A DNA stretch of 64,000 nt from a virus. Where the stretch lies: positions 1-64,000 of IMG/VR virus record IMGVR_UViG_3300028800_000061. The stretch is one strand, 5' to 3'. Position numbers and translations under genes: made by a program. This document shows, piece by piece, positions 45,832-53,936 of the stretch (its first letter is position 1; every line of letters begins with the position of its first letter). The notes beneath the pieces are model-generated. The model searched no databases, had not been told where the DNA came from, and worked only from the letters and a program-made list of their open reading frames with translations.

Positions 45832-46919
45832 TGCTCGCCACTGAGGCAGATGTACTGCGGACCCTGAGAACCGGCACTTACACCGTCAGCGAACTGTACG
45901 ACCTGTGTGAACAGCGAACAGTGGTCGGCCGGGATGGTGGCCAGGACCCCATCCCGGCCCACTCAGGTGATCTCCGGTGGAAGCGCCGCGTTCGCGGCGC
46001 TCTGGAGACTCTGCGCCGGGCCGGCCGGGCCGAGCGGATCGACCGGACCTGCTGGGCAATCCAGGGCACACCCCGCCAGCCGGCCCGCCTGCTGCTGATC
46101 GTGACCGGCGCAACCCCGCGTGACTTCGAACTGCGATTGCAGGCCGCGGCCGAACTGCTCGCCGAACTGGACGAGCCTGCCGACCTGGTGCTGTGCGACC
46201 CGCCGTACGGACTGCGCCGCGGCCGCGGCCACTACACCGACGGCAACGGGTACCGCCGCGACCACACCAGCGTGATCGGCGGCTACGTCGACGTCGACCC
46301 GGGCGAGTACTCCGACTTCACCCACGATTGGATCCGGGCCGCAGCCGCTGCGCTCCGGCCGGCCGGGCAGCTCGCCACGATCACCGGACCGCAGCGTGCC
46401 GCGATCGTGCAGTGCGCCGCCGAGCAGGCCGGGCTCACCTGGGTCAGTACCATCGCCGCCCGGCGCACTTTCCCGCTGGCCACACTGCGCCGGCCAGCCG
46501 CAGCGCATTGGGCCATCACGGTCATGTGCCGCAACGCGCTGAGCAACCCTCGCCGGGTGTTCAACCCGCCACCCGATCTGCCCAGGGCCCGCAGCGGCCA
46601 CCCTTACCCGCTGGACTGGTGGGCTGACGGCAACGGCCGGGCCGACCGCCCCGGGCTGCTCCGCTACGACAACAGCCTCCCGCTTCCCCTTGTCCTGCGG
46701 GCGGTCACCGCGTTCAGTAACCGCGGCGAGCACGTCGTAGACCCGTTCCTCGGCGCGGGCACAACCGCTGTCGCCTGCTGGAAAACCGGCCGGCGCTTCA
46801 CCGGCAGCGACCTGAATCCAGCCGCCGTCCGCTTCGCAGCCGCACGGCTGCTCGATGAGCACGCCTGGCCGGATGAGCGCGAGCCAGGATTGTTTCCCGC
46901 AATGGATGTCGCGCCGTGA
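45828..46919 (+). CDS. N4/N6 DNA methyltransferase (beta-type order) with N-terminal wHTH
   Basis: DLVLCDPPY precedes VVDPFLGAGTT. Confidence 0.85.
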   Translation: MMLATEADVLRTLRTGTYTVSELYDLCEQRTVVGRDGGQDPIPAHSGDLRWKRRVRGALETLRRAGRAERIDRTCWAIQGTPRQPARLLLIVTGATPRDFELRLQAAAELLAELDEPADLVLCDPPYGLRRGRGHYTDGNGYRRDHTSVIGGYVDVDPGEYSDFTHDWIRAAAAALRPAGQLATITGPQRAAIVQCAAEQAGLTWVSTIAARRTFPLATLRRPAAAHWAITVMCRNALSNPRRVFNPPPDLPRARSGHPYPLDWWADGNGRADRPGLLRYDNSLPLPLVLRAVTAFSNRGEHVVDPFLGAGTTAVACWKTGRRFTGSDLNPAAVRFAAARLLDEHAWPDEREPGLFPAMDVAP

Positions 46920-47461
46920 GCACCGGCCTGGCCGCGATCAACCTGGACCTGATCGAGGACGCGGCGAACATCCTGGCGTGGCGCGGCTGGTGGGAACCCG
47001 GCGATGAGGACAGCTTCGTACCCGACGAGCTCGTCACCGAACTGATCGAGGCTGCCCGGGCTCCTTGCGAGGTCTGCAGCACACCGGAGGGGGTGTGCAG
47101 CACACCGGACGAGGTGGCCGATCACTTCCTCGCCCGCAAACAGGAAGAGTGGGAACGGTCCTGGCCGGCGTGGGCATGCAACTGCGGTCACGTTTACAAA
47201 CTGCTCAATGAAGAGTTCTTCGAGGTCGCAGACAACGGGTTCCACGGCCCGTTCTGCGCCGGCATGGCCGGGGAGCAAGATTGCCCGCACCCATCCTGCG
47301 CGAGCATTCTGCTCGGCGGCCACCTGCCGGGGGATCGCGCCGGGTGCATCCGCCGCGGCAGCAAGAACCGGGTCAAGCACAGCGACGCATGCCGGGGATG
47401 CGGCTGCAAGTTCGCGGATACGATAGCCGACCAGCTCAACCCGCAGCAGGCCCTGTTCTAG
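46916..47461 (+). CDS. Cys-rich hypothetical protein
   Basis: GTGA overlap; several CxxC. Confidence 0.65.
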   Translation: MSTGLAAINLDLIEDAANILAWRGWWEPGDEDSFVPDELVTELIEAARAPCEVCSTPEGVCSTPDEVADHFLARKQEEWERSWPAWACNCGHVYKLLNEEFFEVADNGFHGPFCAGMAGEQDCPHPSCASILLGGHLPGDRAGCIRRGSKNRVKHSDACRGCGCKFADTIADQLNPQQALF

Positions 47462-47565
47462 AAGATCCTGGCAGTAAAGTCGTGCACCTGCGCTCAGCGG
47501 GTTGCGGCACAATCGTGCGGGCGGTGATCTGAATTAGTCCATCGGGATCACCGCCCGCGCGCCTT

Positions 47566-47640
47566 GCCCCTCTAGCCCAATCCGGCAGAGGCGCCACGTT
47601 CAGGGCGTGGAGGTTCGGGGTTCGACTCCCCGGAGGGGCA
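47566..47640 (+). tRNA. tRNA-Leu(CAG), short variable arm
   Basis: CCACG TT-CAG-GG CGTGG. Confidence 0.88.
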
Positions 47641-47644
47641 CTTG

Positions 47645-47732
47645 GGAGGGGTCGCCTAGTCGGCCTATGGCGCGTCACTGCTAATGACGTTGGGCATTGC
47701 GTCCCTCGCGGGTTCGAATCCCGCCCCCTCCG
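47645..47732 (+). tRNA. tRNA-Ser(GCT)
   Basis: CGTCA CT-GCT-AA TGACG; long variable arm. Confidence 0.93.
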
Positions 47733-47735
47733 CAC

Positions 47736-47828
47736 GGAGACGTCGCGCAGTGGCCTAGCGCTCTAGTCTTGAAAACTAGCAGAGCACGGGAGTGTCTCTC
47801 GTGGGTTCGAATCCCACCGTCTCCTCCA
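47736..47828 (+). tRNA. tRNA-Ser(TGA)
   Basis: CTAGT CT-TGA-AA ACTAG; long variable arm; encoded CCA. Confidence 0.93.
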
Positions 47829-47829
47829 A

Positions 47830-47903
47830 GGGCATGTAGCTCAGCCGGTTAGAGCACTCCCCTGATAAGGGAGAGGCCGGAGGTTCAACTCCTCCTGTGC
47901 CCA
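47830..47903 (+). tRNA. tRNA-Ile(GAT)
   Basis: CTCCC CT-GAT-AA GGGAG. Confidence 0.93.
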
Positions 47904-47994
47904 CTGCCAGCAGGCCACTGCGGCCGGGGTTGTCGCAGCGACAACAGGGCCGGGAAGCCCCCGGGCCGCGGGCCTGCTGGCCACGACGGGAGCG

Positions 47995-48264
47995 GTGGTG
48001 TCAGGGCGGCAGCGGCAGCGGAACCGGCTCGGGCGGCGGCAGGGGTGGATCTGCCCGTGGTGCCGCCTCCCGATCACCCGCGCCCAGTTCGCGGATGCCA
48101 CCCGCGACCATGTGATCCCGAAGTCCCACGGAGGCACTGCGGTACTGCGGAACCTCCAGTTGCTGCACGGCGAGTGCAACGCGGAGAAAGCGAGCCGGTG
48201 CCTGGGTTGCCCCCGGTGCGTCCCTGGCGAGATAGCTCAGCCGGTCAGAGCGTCCCGCTCATAA
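47995..48264 (+). CDS. HNH endonuclease
   Basis: CPWC...TRDHVIPKSHGG....NLQLLHGECNAEK. Confidence 0.88.
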   Translation: MVSGRQRQRNRLGRRQGWICPWCRLPITRAQFADATRDHVIPKSHGGTAVLRNLQLLHGECNAEKASRCLGCPRCVPGEIAQPVRASRS

Positions 48265-48302
48265 CGGGATGGTCGCAGGTTCAAGTCCTGCTCTCGCTAC
48301 CA
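48226..48302 (+). tRNA. tRNA-Met(CAT), elongator-type
   Basis: TCCCG CT-CAT-AA CGGGA; GGC... acceptor; encoded CCA (Ile2 identity not excluded). Confidence 0.88.
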
Positions 48303-48376
48303 GTACGCCAACATGCAGTCCTAGATAGGGGAGGTGAACGGGTTGAAACCCTGCGGTAAACAGATACGCATCGCAG

Positions 48377-48450
48377 GCCCTGTTAGCTCAATTGGATAGA
48401 GCAGCGGACTTTTAATCCGCGAGTTCTGGGTTCGAGTCCCAGGCGGGGCA
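48377..48450 (+). tRNA. tRNA-Lys(TTT)
   Basis: GCGGA CT-TTT-AA TCCGC. Confidence 0.93.
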
Positions 48451-48454
48451 CAAT

Positions 48455-48526
48455 GCGCTGTTAGCTCAGTGGATAGAGTGACTGCCTTCTAAGCAGGGGA
48501 GCGGGGTTCGAATCCCTGACGGCGCG
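48455..48526 (+). tRNA. tRNA-Arg(TCT)
   Basis: ACTGC CT-TCT-AA GCAGG; A20. Confidence 0.88.
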
Positions 48527-48541
48527 CAAAGCACAAGGCAA

Positions 48542-48615
48542 GCCCTGGTGGGGTAATTGGCCAGCCCGCCACCCTCTCACGGTGGAGACTGCCGGTTCGA
48601 ATCCGGTCCGGGGTA
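48542..48615 (+). tRNA. tRNA-Glu(CTC)
   Basis: CCACC CT-CTC-AC GGTGG. Confidence 0.9.
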
Positions 48616-48616
48616 C

Positions 48617-48692
48617 GGCGCGGTAGGCAAAATGGAGAAGGCCGCCAGACTTTCAACCTGGTGACTTGCGGGTTCGAGCCCCGTCCGCGCTA
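48617..48692 (+). tRNA. tRNA-Glu(TTC)
   Basis: CCAGA CT-TTC-AA CCTGG. Confidence 0.85.
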
Positions 48693-48706
48693 CTATGGGA
48701 TCACGA

Positions 48707-48780
48707 CGCGGGGTGGAGCAGCTCGGTAGCTCGGTGGGCTCATAACCCACAGGTCGCAGGTTCAAATCCTGTCCCCGCTA
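48707..48780 (+). tRNA. Initiator tRNA-fMet(CAT)
   Basis: C1 mismatch, three G:C pairs GGG CT-CAT-AA CCC. Confidence 0.95.
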
Positions 48781-48895
48781 CCGCCGTGCCGGGTCGGCTC
48801 CGGTCGCGGCTAATTACGGCTGGCAGACGTGCTAGGGCCCGTGGCGGATTGGGGATCTAGCCGACCCCGCGTGAAGCGCGACGGGCACCAACCTT

Positions 48896-48967
48896 TCCCC
48901 CGTAGCTCAATAGGCAGAGCGTCCGGCTGTTAACCGGTTGGTGTTGGTTCAAGTCCAGCCGGGGGAG
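48896..48967 (+). tRNA. tRNA-Asn(GTT)
   Basis: TCCGG CT-GTT-AA CCGGT. Confidence 0.9.
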
Positions 48968-48971
48968 CGAT

Positions 48972-49046
48972 GGTCCTGTAGAGCAGGTTGGAGTGCTCGC
49001 CACCCTGTCAAGGTGGAGGTCGCGGGTTCAAATCCCGTCGGGACCG
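48972..49046 (+). tRNA. tRNA-Asp(GTC)
   Basis: CCACC CT-GTC-AA GGTGG. Confidence 0.95.
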
Positions 49047-49050
49047 CTAA

Positions 49051-49122
49051 ACCCGGTTAGCTCAGTGGCAGAGCACCACGATGACAGCGTGGGGGTCGGA
49101 GGTTCGGTTCCTCCACCGGGTA
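49051..49122 (+). tRNA. tRNA-Val(GAC)
   Basis: CCACG AT-GAC-AG CGTGG. Confidence 0.88.
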
Positions 49123-49314
49123 CAGGCACCTGGGAGCCTGGCTTCAAATGGCAGGAGCAAAGTGATAACGCGCCGAAAGGCTATGCCCACTCCGGTGGGC
49201 GGGTAGCGGTCGCCCAGGTGCCGTTGCACACCGAGAGGATCGCCTTGCTGACCGGGTATGTCTTGCTGCCGGGTGATTGTGACAGCCCGGCCGCGGCAGC
49301 GTTAGGCTCCCGGC

Positions 49315-49869
49315 ATGCTTCTCTCTGACCGGGACATCGCCGACGCGATCGCGGCCCGCGACCTGGTGGTAGACGGCGAGCTGGCCAGCGACTCATTCCA
49401 GCCTGCCAGCCTCGATCTGCACCTTGGCGCCGAGTTCCGGGTGTTCCTCAGTCACCGGGTCGCTTGCATCGACACTGCCGGCGGCCAGGGGGATCTCACT
49501 GAACCGGTAGTGATCTCCGACGGTGAGCCGTTTGTCCTGCACCCCGGCGAGTTCGCCCTCGGCTGCACTGTGGAGGCCATCACTCTCTCCGATGATCTGG
49601 CCGCCCGGCTCGAAGGCAAATCCAGTCTCGGCCGCCTCGGCCTGCAAGCGCACTCCACCGCCGGGTGGATTGACCCAGGGTTCAGCGGGCAGATCACCCT
49701 GGAGTTGTCCAATGTCGCCCCGGTACCGATCAAACTGTGGCCTGGCATGAAAATCGGCCAGCTGTGCTTGTTCCGCCTGGGCGCCCCGGCGTTGCGCCCG
49801 TACGGGCACCCGGGCCTCGGCTCCCGTTACCAGGGGCAGCGAGGCCCGGTGCCGTCCCGGGCTGGTTAG
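49315..49869 (+). CDS. dcd: dCTP deaminase
   Basis: [51 protein letters not shown]. Confidence 0.95.
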   Translation: MLLSDRDIADAIAARDLVVDGELASDSFQPASLDLHLGAEFRVFLSHRVACIDTAGGQGDLTEPVVISDGEPFVLHPGEFALGCTVEAITLSDDLAARLEGKSSLGRLGLQAHSTAGWIDPGFSGQITLELSNVAPVPIKLWPGMKIGQLCLFRLGAPALRPYGHPGLGSRYQGQRGPVPSRAG

Positions 49870-50216
49870 TGGCTGGAGTAGGAGCTGGTGGTCCGTCGCC
49901 ACCGTTCCGTCCACGCCCACTGGTCTAGCACCAGTTGGGTGAACGACTGGTCATCCATCTGCATGGTGTCCGTCACGGACCACCTGAGCATCTCGATCGC
50001 CGCGTCGTAGTCGGCGGTGTGGTTCTCCGGCTCGGGCAGGTCGGCGTGCCGGTCCGCCTTCTGGCCGGCCCGCAGTTCGGCGATCCGGTCCTGGTGCCAG
50101 CCGATCATCTGCTCCCGGTAGGCGACGATAGCCTCCTGGTAGGTGGCGAGGTGCGCGGCCCGGTTGGCTTCCAGCGCCTCGAGCAGCCTGGCGCGGTCAA
50201 CGGTTACTGGTCTCAT
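49866..50216 (-). CDS. Phage-type hypothetical protein
   Basis: NRAAH...[15 protein letters not shown]...LVLDQWAW; SD lies antisense in tRNA-Arg acceptor stem. Confidence 0.75.
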   Translation of the reverse strand: MRPVTVDRARLLEALEANRAAHLATYQEAIVAYREQMIGWHQDRIAELRAGQKADRHADLPEPENHTADYDAAIEMLRWSVTDTMQMDDQSFTQLVLDQWAWTERWRRTTSSYSSH

Positions 50217-50221
50217 TTCTT

Positions 50222-50295
50222 GCTCCCATAGCTCAGTGGATTAGAGCGCCGCCCTCCGGAGGCGGGTGCCGCAGGTTCGAGTCCTGCTGGGGGCG
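50222..50295 (+). tRNA. tRNA-Arg(CCG)
   Basis: CCGCC CT-CCG-GA GGCGG. Confidence 0.92.
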
Positions 50296-50298
50296 CGC

Positions 50299-50727
50299 TT
50301 AACTGCTCAGCGGATCTGTGCGCGGTGCCGGCCACTCGGGGGCCGCTGTGAAATCGGCCGGGTCGACGCTGCCGAGCTCGCAGACGCGGGTGACCAGGTC
50401 GATGTACGCGGCGCTGGGATCGTCGCCGCGGCCGATCGGCCACCGTTCCTGGTTGGCCCGGTGCCAGAAATCCTGGCACTCGATGTCCGATGCGGCCCAG
50501 TCCGTCCAGGGCGTCTCGGTCAGCATGTGCGGGTCCACGGGGAACGCCAGCCAACTGCGACCCTCGTAGGTGCCGTTGTACCTGGCCTGCACAACAACCG
50601 CAGGCTCGGCTTCTGGCCGGTTACCGAAACCACCTGCGGTGATGTAAAGCTTCGCGGTCAGCATTATTTTTCCGCCGGGTGCACCGGGCCACTCAACGAA
50701 GATGCTTCGCTCATTCACACCGGGCAT
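50299..50727 (-). CDS. Hypothetical protein
   Basis: ARYNGTYEG..WLAF...IGRG; fits exactly between two tRNAs. Confidence 0.65.
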   Translation of the reverse strand: MPGVNERSIFVEWPGAPGGKIMLTAKLYITAGGFGNRPEAEPAVVVQARYNGTYEGRSWLAFPVDPHMLTETPWTDWAASDIECQDFWHRANQERWPIGRGDDPSAAYIDLVTRVCELGSVDPADFTAAPEWPAPRTDPLSS

Positions 50728-50743
50728 TGTTTCACGTATCGTT

Positions 50744-50816
50744 ACCCCCGTGGCCCAACGGATAAGGCGCCAGACTACGGATCTGGAGTGTGCCGGTTCA
50801 ACTCCGGCCGGGGGTA
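50744..50816 (+). tRNA. tRNA-Arg(ACG)
   Basis: CCAGA CT-ACG-GA TCTGG. Confidence 0.92.
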
Positions 50817-50863
50817 CAAAGGCTTTCCGGTCTGAACGTCCCATTCCGCCGGCTGCACGGCTG

Positions 50864-51034
50864 GTGCAGATCAGCATGCCTTACGCCACGTTCGCTGTGG
50901 CATTCGCCGATGGTGTGATTGTCGCTGCCGCGCCCATCGCCCAGTGGGCAGTAGGTAAAGATGTGAGCACTGTCAAGGACTACTACCAGCGGAAAGGTGC
51001 TGTGTTCGCGCACGTCCCAGGCACACCCGGTTAG
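50864..51034 (+). CDS. Small phage-type protein
   Basis: PYATFAV...AAAPIAQWAVGK...YYQRKG; start uncertain. Confidence 0.55.
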   Translation: MQISMPYATFAVAFADGVIVAAAPIAQWAVGKDVSTVKDYYQRKGAVFAHVPGTPG

Positions 51035-51096
51035 CTCACCGGCAGAGCGCCTCGTTCACACCGAGGAGGCAGAGGGGTCGGCACCTTCACCGGGTA
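51025..51096 (+). tRNA. tRNA-Val(CAC)
   Basis: CCTCG TT-CAC-AC CGAGG; degenerate T-loop GTCGGCA. Confidence 0.8.
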
Positions 51097-51130
51097 CAGG
51101 TCACCGTAAACTAGCCGGGTAACCGGCCTT

Positions 51131-51209
51131 GGTGGGTGTAGCTCAGTCAGGCCAGAGCGCCCGGTTGTGATCCGGGTACGCATCGGTTCGAATCCGGTCA
51201 CCCACCCCA
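51131..51209 (+). tRNA. tRNA-His(GTG)
   Basis: CCCGG TT-GTG-AT CCGGG; G-1:C73; encoded CCA. Confidence 0.93.
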
Positions 51210-51266
51210 AAAGAGCCCTGCTGTGCGGGGCGGAGTGACAATGCGGGAAGGCTGGACCGGGCAAGC

Positions 51267-51716
51267 ATGGGCAAGGGCCAGGGTGCGGGCAACCCAACCG
51301 GCAAAGGACGCGCACCTAGGAAGCCCGTAGCGCGCACGGACAGGAAACGCTGGTGCAAAGACCAGCATGGTGTCAAGCATGTCCCCCATCTCGTTTTCAG
51401 GCCCCGGGGCGTGGCATACACGGAGTGCCGGCTAGCACGCGATTTTGAGGTATGGTGCCGGGATGGCTGGGTGTGCATGCACAGAGACGAGTGCGCCCGA
51501 TGCGGCCAGGTGCTCCGGCCCCGGCTCGGCGGCATTCCCCGCGAGGAATGCCCGACCTTTCAGCAAGCGATGAAAGACGAAACCCGTGAGATCCTCGCCG
51601 ACCCGCTCGTGCTGATCCGCATCCGCCAGGCGCAAGCTGTGGTGGCGGCCGGGAACATTACCCGCAGCGTGCAAGCAGTCCGGTCACTTCTGCGTGTCCC
51701 CGGGAACCGCACATGA
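51267..51716 (+). CDS. Zn-binding protein with antitoxin-like C-terminal tail
   Basis: RWC...H.PHL...WVCMH..CARCG; tail ETREILADP...IRQA...GNITRSVQAVR. Confidence 0.65.
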   Translation: MGKGQGAGNPTGKGRAPRKPVARTDRKRWCKDQHGVKHVPHLVFRPRGVAYTECRLARDFEVWCRDGWVCMHRDECARCGQVLRPRLGGIPREECPTFQQAMKDETREILADPLVLIRIRQAQAVVAAGNITRSVQAVRSLLRVPGNRT

Positions 51717-52114
51717 CCACCTGGCAACCCGGTGACATCTACGAGGATTGCGCGTTCCACCCGGTGCTCTGCTACCTGGTTATCCGCCGCCGCCGCGAGG
51801 GCAGCCCGTGGTGGCGGCTCCTGCTCGCCGACGACTGGGATCTGTGCGGGATATCGCTGCTCGACGGCTCCCGGCCGCGCACATGCTCAGTGAAACACTG
51901 CGCACCGCAGCGGATCACCCTCGACCAGGCGCTGAGCATGCGCGGCACATGGGAGCAAGGCCACCGGCGCCCAGAAGATCACGCGTCAGCGGAGGCTGAG
52001 CTGGATGCGATGCTCACCAGCATGCGCACAATCGATGCGCTGCCGGATGCCACCGGTAAACGGGTCGTGGCGTGGCTCATGTCCCGGTTCAGGGTCAGCT
52101 GCGGCTGTGATTGA
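51713..52114 (+). CDS. Hypothetical protein
   Basis: PGDIYEDCAFHPVLC...GISLLDGS.PR.CS..HC. Confidence 0.7.
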   Translation: MTTWQPGDIYEDCAFHPVLCYLVIRRRREGSPWWRLLLADDWDLCGISLLDGSRPRTCSVKHCAPQRITLDQALSMRGTWEQGHRRPEDHASAEAELDAMLTSMRTIDALPDATGKRVVAWLMSRFRVSCGCD

Positions 52115-52123
52115 TTTGAGCTT

Positions 52124-52205
52124 GGCAGGTTGCCCGAGCGGCCAAAGGGAACGGTCTGTAAAACCGTCGTGTAATGCTGCGCTGGTTCGAATCCAGCACC
52201 TGCCA
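52124..52205 (+). tRNA. tRNA-Tyr(GTA)
   Basis: ACGGT CT-GTA-AA ACCGT; long variable arm. Confidence 0.93.
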
Positions 52206-52207
52206 CG

Positions 52208-53092
52208 ATGAAACCCACCCGCATCCCCTCCGGGCATGTCCCTCAGGTGTGCTGGCGCCTGCGAGGCCGCTGGCTCGTGGCCTACCTCGACATCAACACC
52301 CGGGCCCGGTGGAAAGTGCTCCGCGGGTTCAGCGCGTGCCTCCGGTTTGGCCCGCTTGACCCGCCAGACCCTGATGACCCGTACTGCTACCGGTCACCGT
52401 GCTGGGGGTTCACCCTCGATGTCCAGTCAGCCGATGACGCACCGAACAGGCTGCACCTGATGGGCCGCCGGTACATGGCCATCATCGGCCTGCCGGGCCG
52501 GGAGCGGGTGTTCACGGAGACCGGCCGGCTGGGCCTGGCGGTCATCGGCGAGTGGAAGCGCGGCCGGCTGCGGATCATGCGGTCACAGGCGTGGGACTGG
52601 CGGGCCGATGAGTGGGCGGGCCGGTGGAAGGTGCTCGCCGTCCACCCGGCCGACCACCGGGAACGGTGGGAGCGCGCCCACCCAGCGCAGGCGGCGCAGA
52701 ATGCGGCCCGGCTCCGCCGCAGGCACATGTGGGCGGTCTTCAGCGCGGACGCCCTCCCGGACCGCTGGTACGTGTGCCCGGGGCACATAGACCACGCGCG
52801 GGCCCGGCGGGTCACATGCACGGCCTGCGGCCCGCTGAAGGCAGCGGAGGTGTTCGATCCGGGCCGGTGGTGGCTCACCCCCTGGACTCACGCGCAGATC
52901 GCAGTACTTGGCGCCGGGCAGAACAACCCAGCCGGCCGGCCGTACTTCCCGTACTTGTGCCGCGGCGGACTGCACGACGAGCGGGAGGAACCTGGCCCCC
53001 TGCTGATCCCGCACCTGAGCGGCTGGCGATGCCCGGACAGTGCGTGCCCGTACACGCAAAACTGGGCGCACGCTACCGCAGTCCCGGGCTAG
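52208..53092 (+). CDS. Hypothetical protein
   Basis: 294 aa filling the inter-tRNA space; C-terminal PYLC...GWRCP...C.Y.QNWAH. Confidence 0.6.
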   Translation: MKPTRIPSGHVPQVCWRLRGRWLVAYLDINTRARWKVLRGFSACLRFGPLDPPDPDDPYCYRSPCWGFTLDVQSADDAPNRLHLMGRRYMAIIGLPGRERVFTETGRLGLAVIGEWKRGRLRIMRSQAWDWRADEWAGRWKVLAVHPADHRERWERAHPAQAAQNAARLRRRHMWAVFSADALPDRWYVCPGHIDHARARRVTCTACGPLKAAEVFDPGRWWLTPWTHAQIAVLGAGQNNPAGRPYFPYLCRGGLHDEREEPGPLLIPHLSGWRCPDSACPYTQNWAHATAVPG

Positions 53093-53158
53093 TAGCTCAG
53101 CGGATAGAGCGCCTGCCTCCTAAGCAGGATGCCGCCAGTTCGATTCTGGCCTAGCCCA
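53086..53158 (+). tRNA. tRNA-Arg(CCT)
   Basis: CCTGC CT-CCT-AA GCAGG. Confidence 0.93.
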
Positions 53159-53162
53159 CGAT

Positions 53163-53237
53163 GGCCGTGTGACCGAGTGGCACAGGTAGCAGCCTGCAAA
53201 GCTGCGCACCCCGGTTCGAATCCGGGCACGGCTTCCA
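53163..53237 (+). tRNA. tRNA-Cys(GCA)
   Basis: GCAGC CT-GCA-AA GCTGC; U73; encoded CCA. Confidence 0.93.
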
Positions 53238-53259
53238 CGTTTCCGCTGTGCTGAGTTCC

Positions 53260-53598
53260 CTACCCGGCGATGGGGGCGGGCTGCCGCCGCGGCGGCCGCG
53301 GCCGCCCGGGAGCGCCGCGGCCAGGCGCTGCAGCTCTGTGCACGACGATCGTCCGGTACCGCCACACCTTAGAGTTGCCAAACCTGTCGTCCTGCTCTGG
53401 CCACTCCGGGCTGCCGTCGCTGAGTGTCCGCTGGGACATCCGGTAGATCGACCCCGGCTTGAGACCGGTCCACTCGGCGAGCCTGGTGGCATCGGCCAGC
53501 TCGTCAATGATCGGCTCACACTGATCGAGCACCCCCGGCCCGTGTTCCCGGACCAGGGACACAAGGGTGTGGAAATCCGGCAGTCCGGTTACTGTCAC
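53260..53598 (-). CDS. AlpA/excisionase-like HTH protein
   Basis: LAEWTGLKPGSIY...WPEQDDRFGNSKVW; GTGA overlap. Confidence 0.7.
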   Translation of the reverse strand: MTVTGLPDFHTLVSLVREHGPGVLDQCEPIIDELADATRLAEWTGLKPGSIYRMSQRTLSDGSPEWPEQDDRFGNSKVWRYRTIVVHRAAAPGRGAPGRPRPPRRQPAPIAG

Positions 53599-53936
53599 TG
53601 GGTTACCTCCTGCCGTCGTCCACGTTTCGGTTTCGGGCCGCCGCCAGCACCCGGGCCGGGCCGCACGTACCGGTGCCAGTACAGGACGCGGGCCCGCGCC
53701 CACCGGGGGACAGTCCCGACCCGCTGCTCTGGATCATCCGGCGGGAAGGCCAGCGGGGTGCCGTGAGTGCTCCGGTACCGGTAGACGTTGATCGTGTTCC
53801 TCGACAAACCGAGAAACACGGCGATGTCTATCAGTTGCATCCATTGTGGCAGGCCGAGCTCAGCGGCCTCGTCGTCCAGCTGTGCGGCGATATCCTCCCA
53901 TGCGGGGATCACGCCGTTTGCTGTGTGACCGGCCAA
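53595..53936 (-). CDS. AlpA/excisionase-like HTH protein
   Basis: IAVFLGLSRNTINVY...FPP...VGTVPRW; SD AGGAGG before TTG. Confidence 0.7.
   Translation of the reverse strand: MAGHTANGVIPAWEDIAAQLDDEAAELGLPQWMQLIDIAVFLGLSRNTINVYRYRSTHGTPLAFPPDDPEQRVGTVPRWARARVLYWHRYVRPGPGAGGGPKPKRGRRQEVTQ

Noticed and set aside
48303-48376. T-arm-like GGGTTGAAACCC between Met and Lys tRNAs
   Set aside because: No acceptor or D arm could be folded; at most a decayed remnant
38901-53365. Many ORF-track entries such as MNLRP..., GFEP..., RDSNP...
   Set aside because: Translations of tRNA genes or their antisense strands
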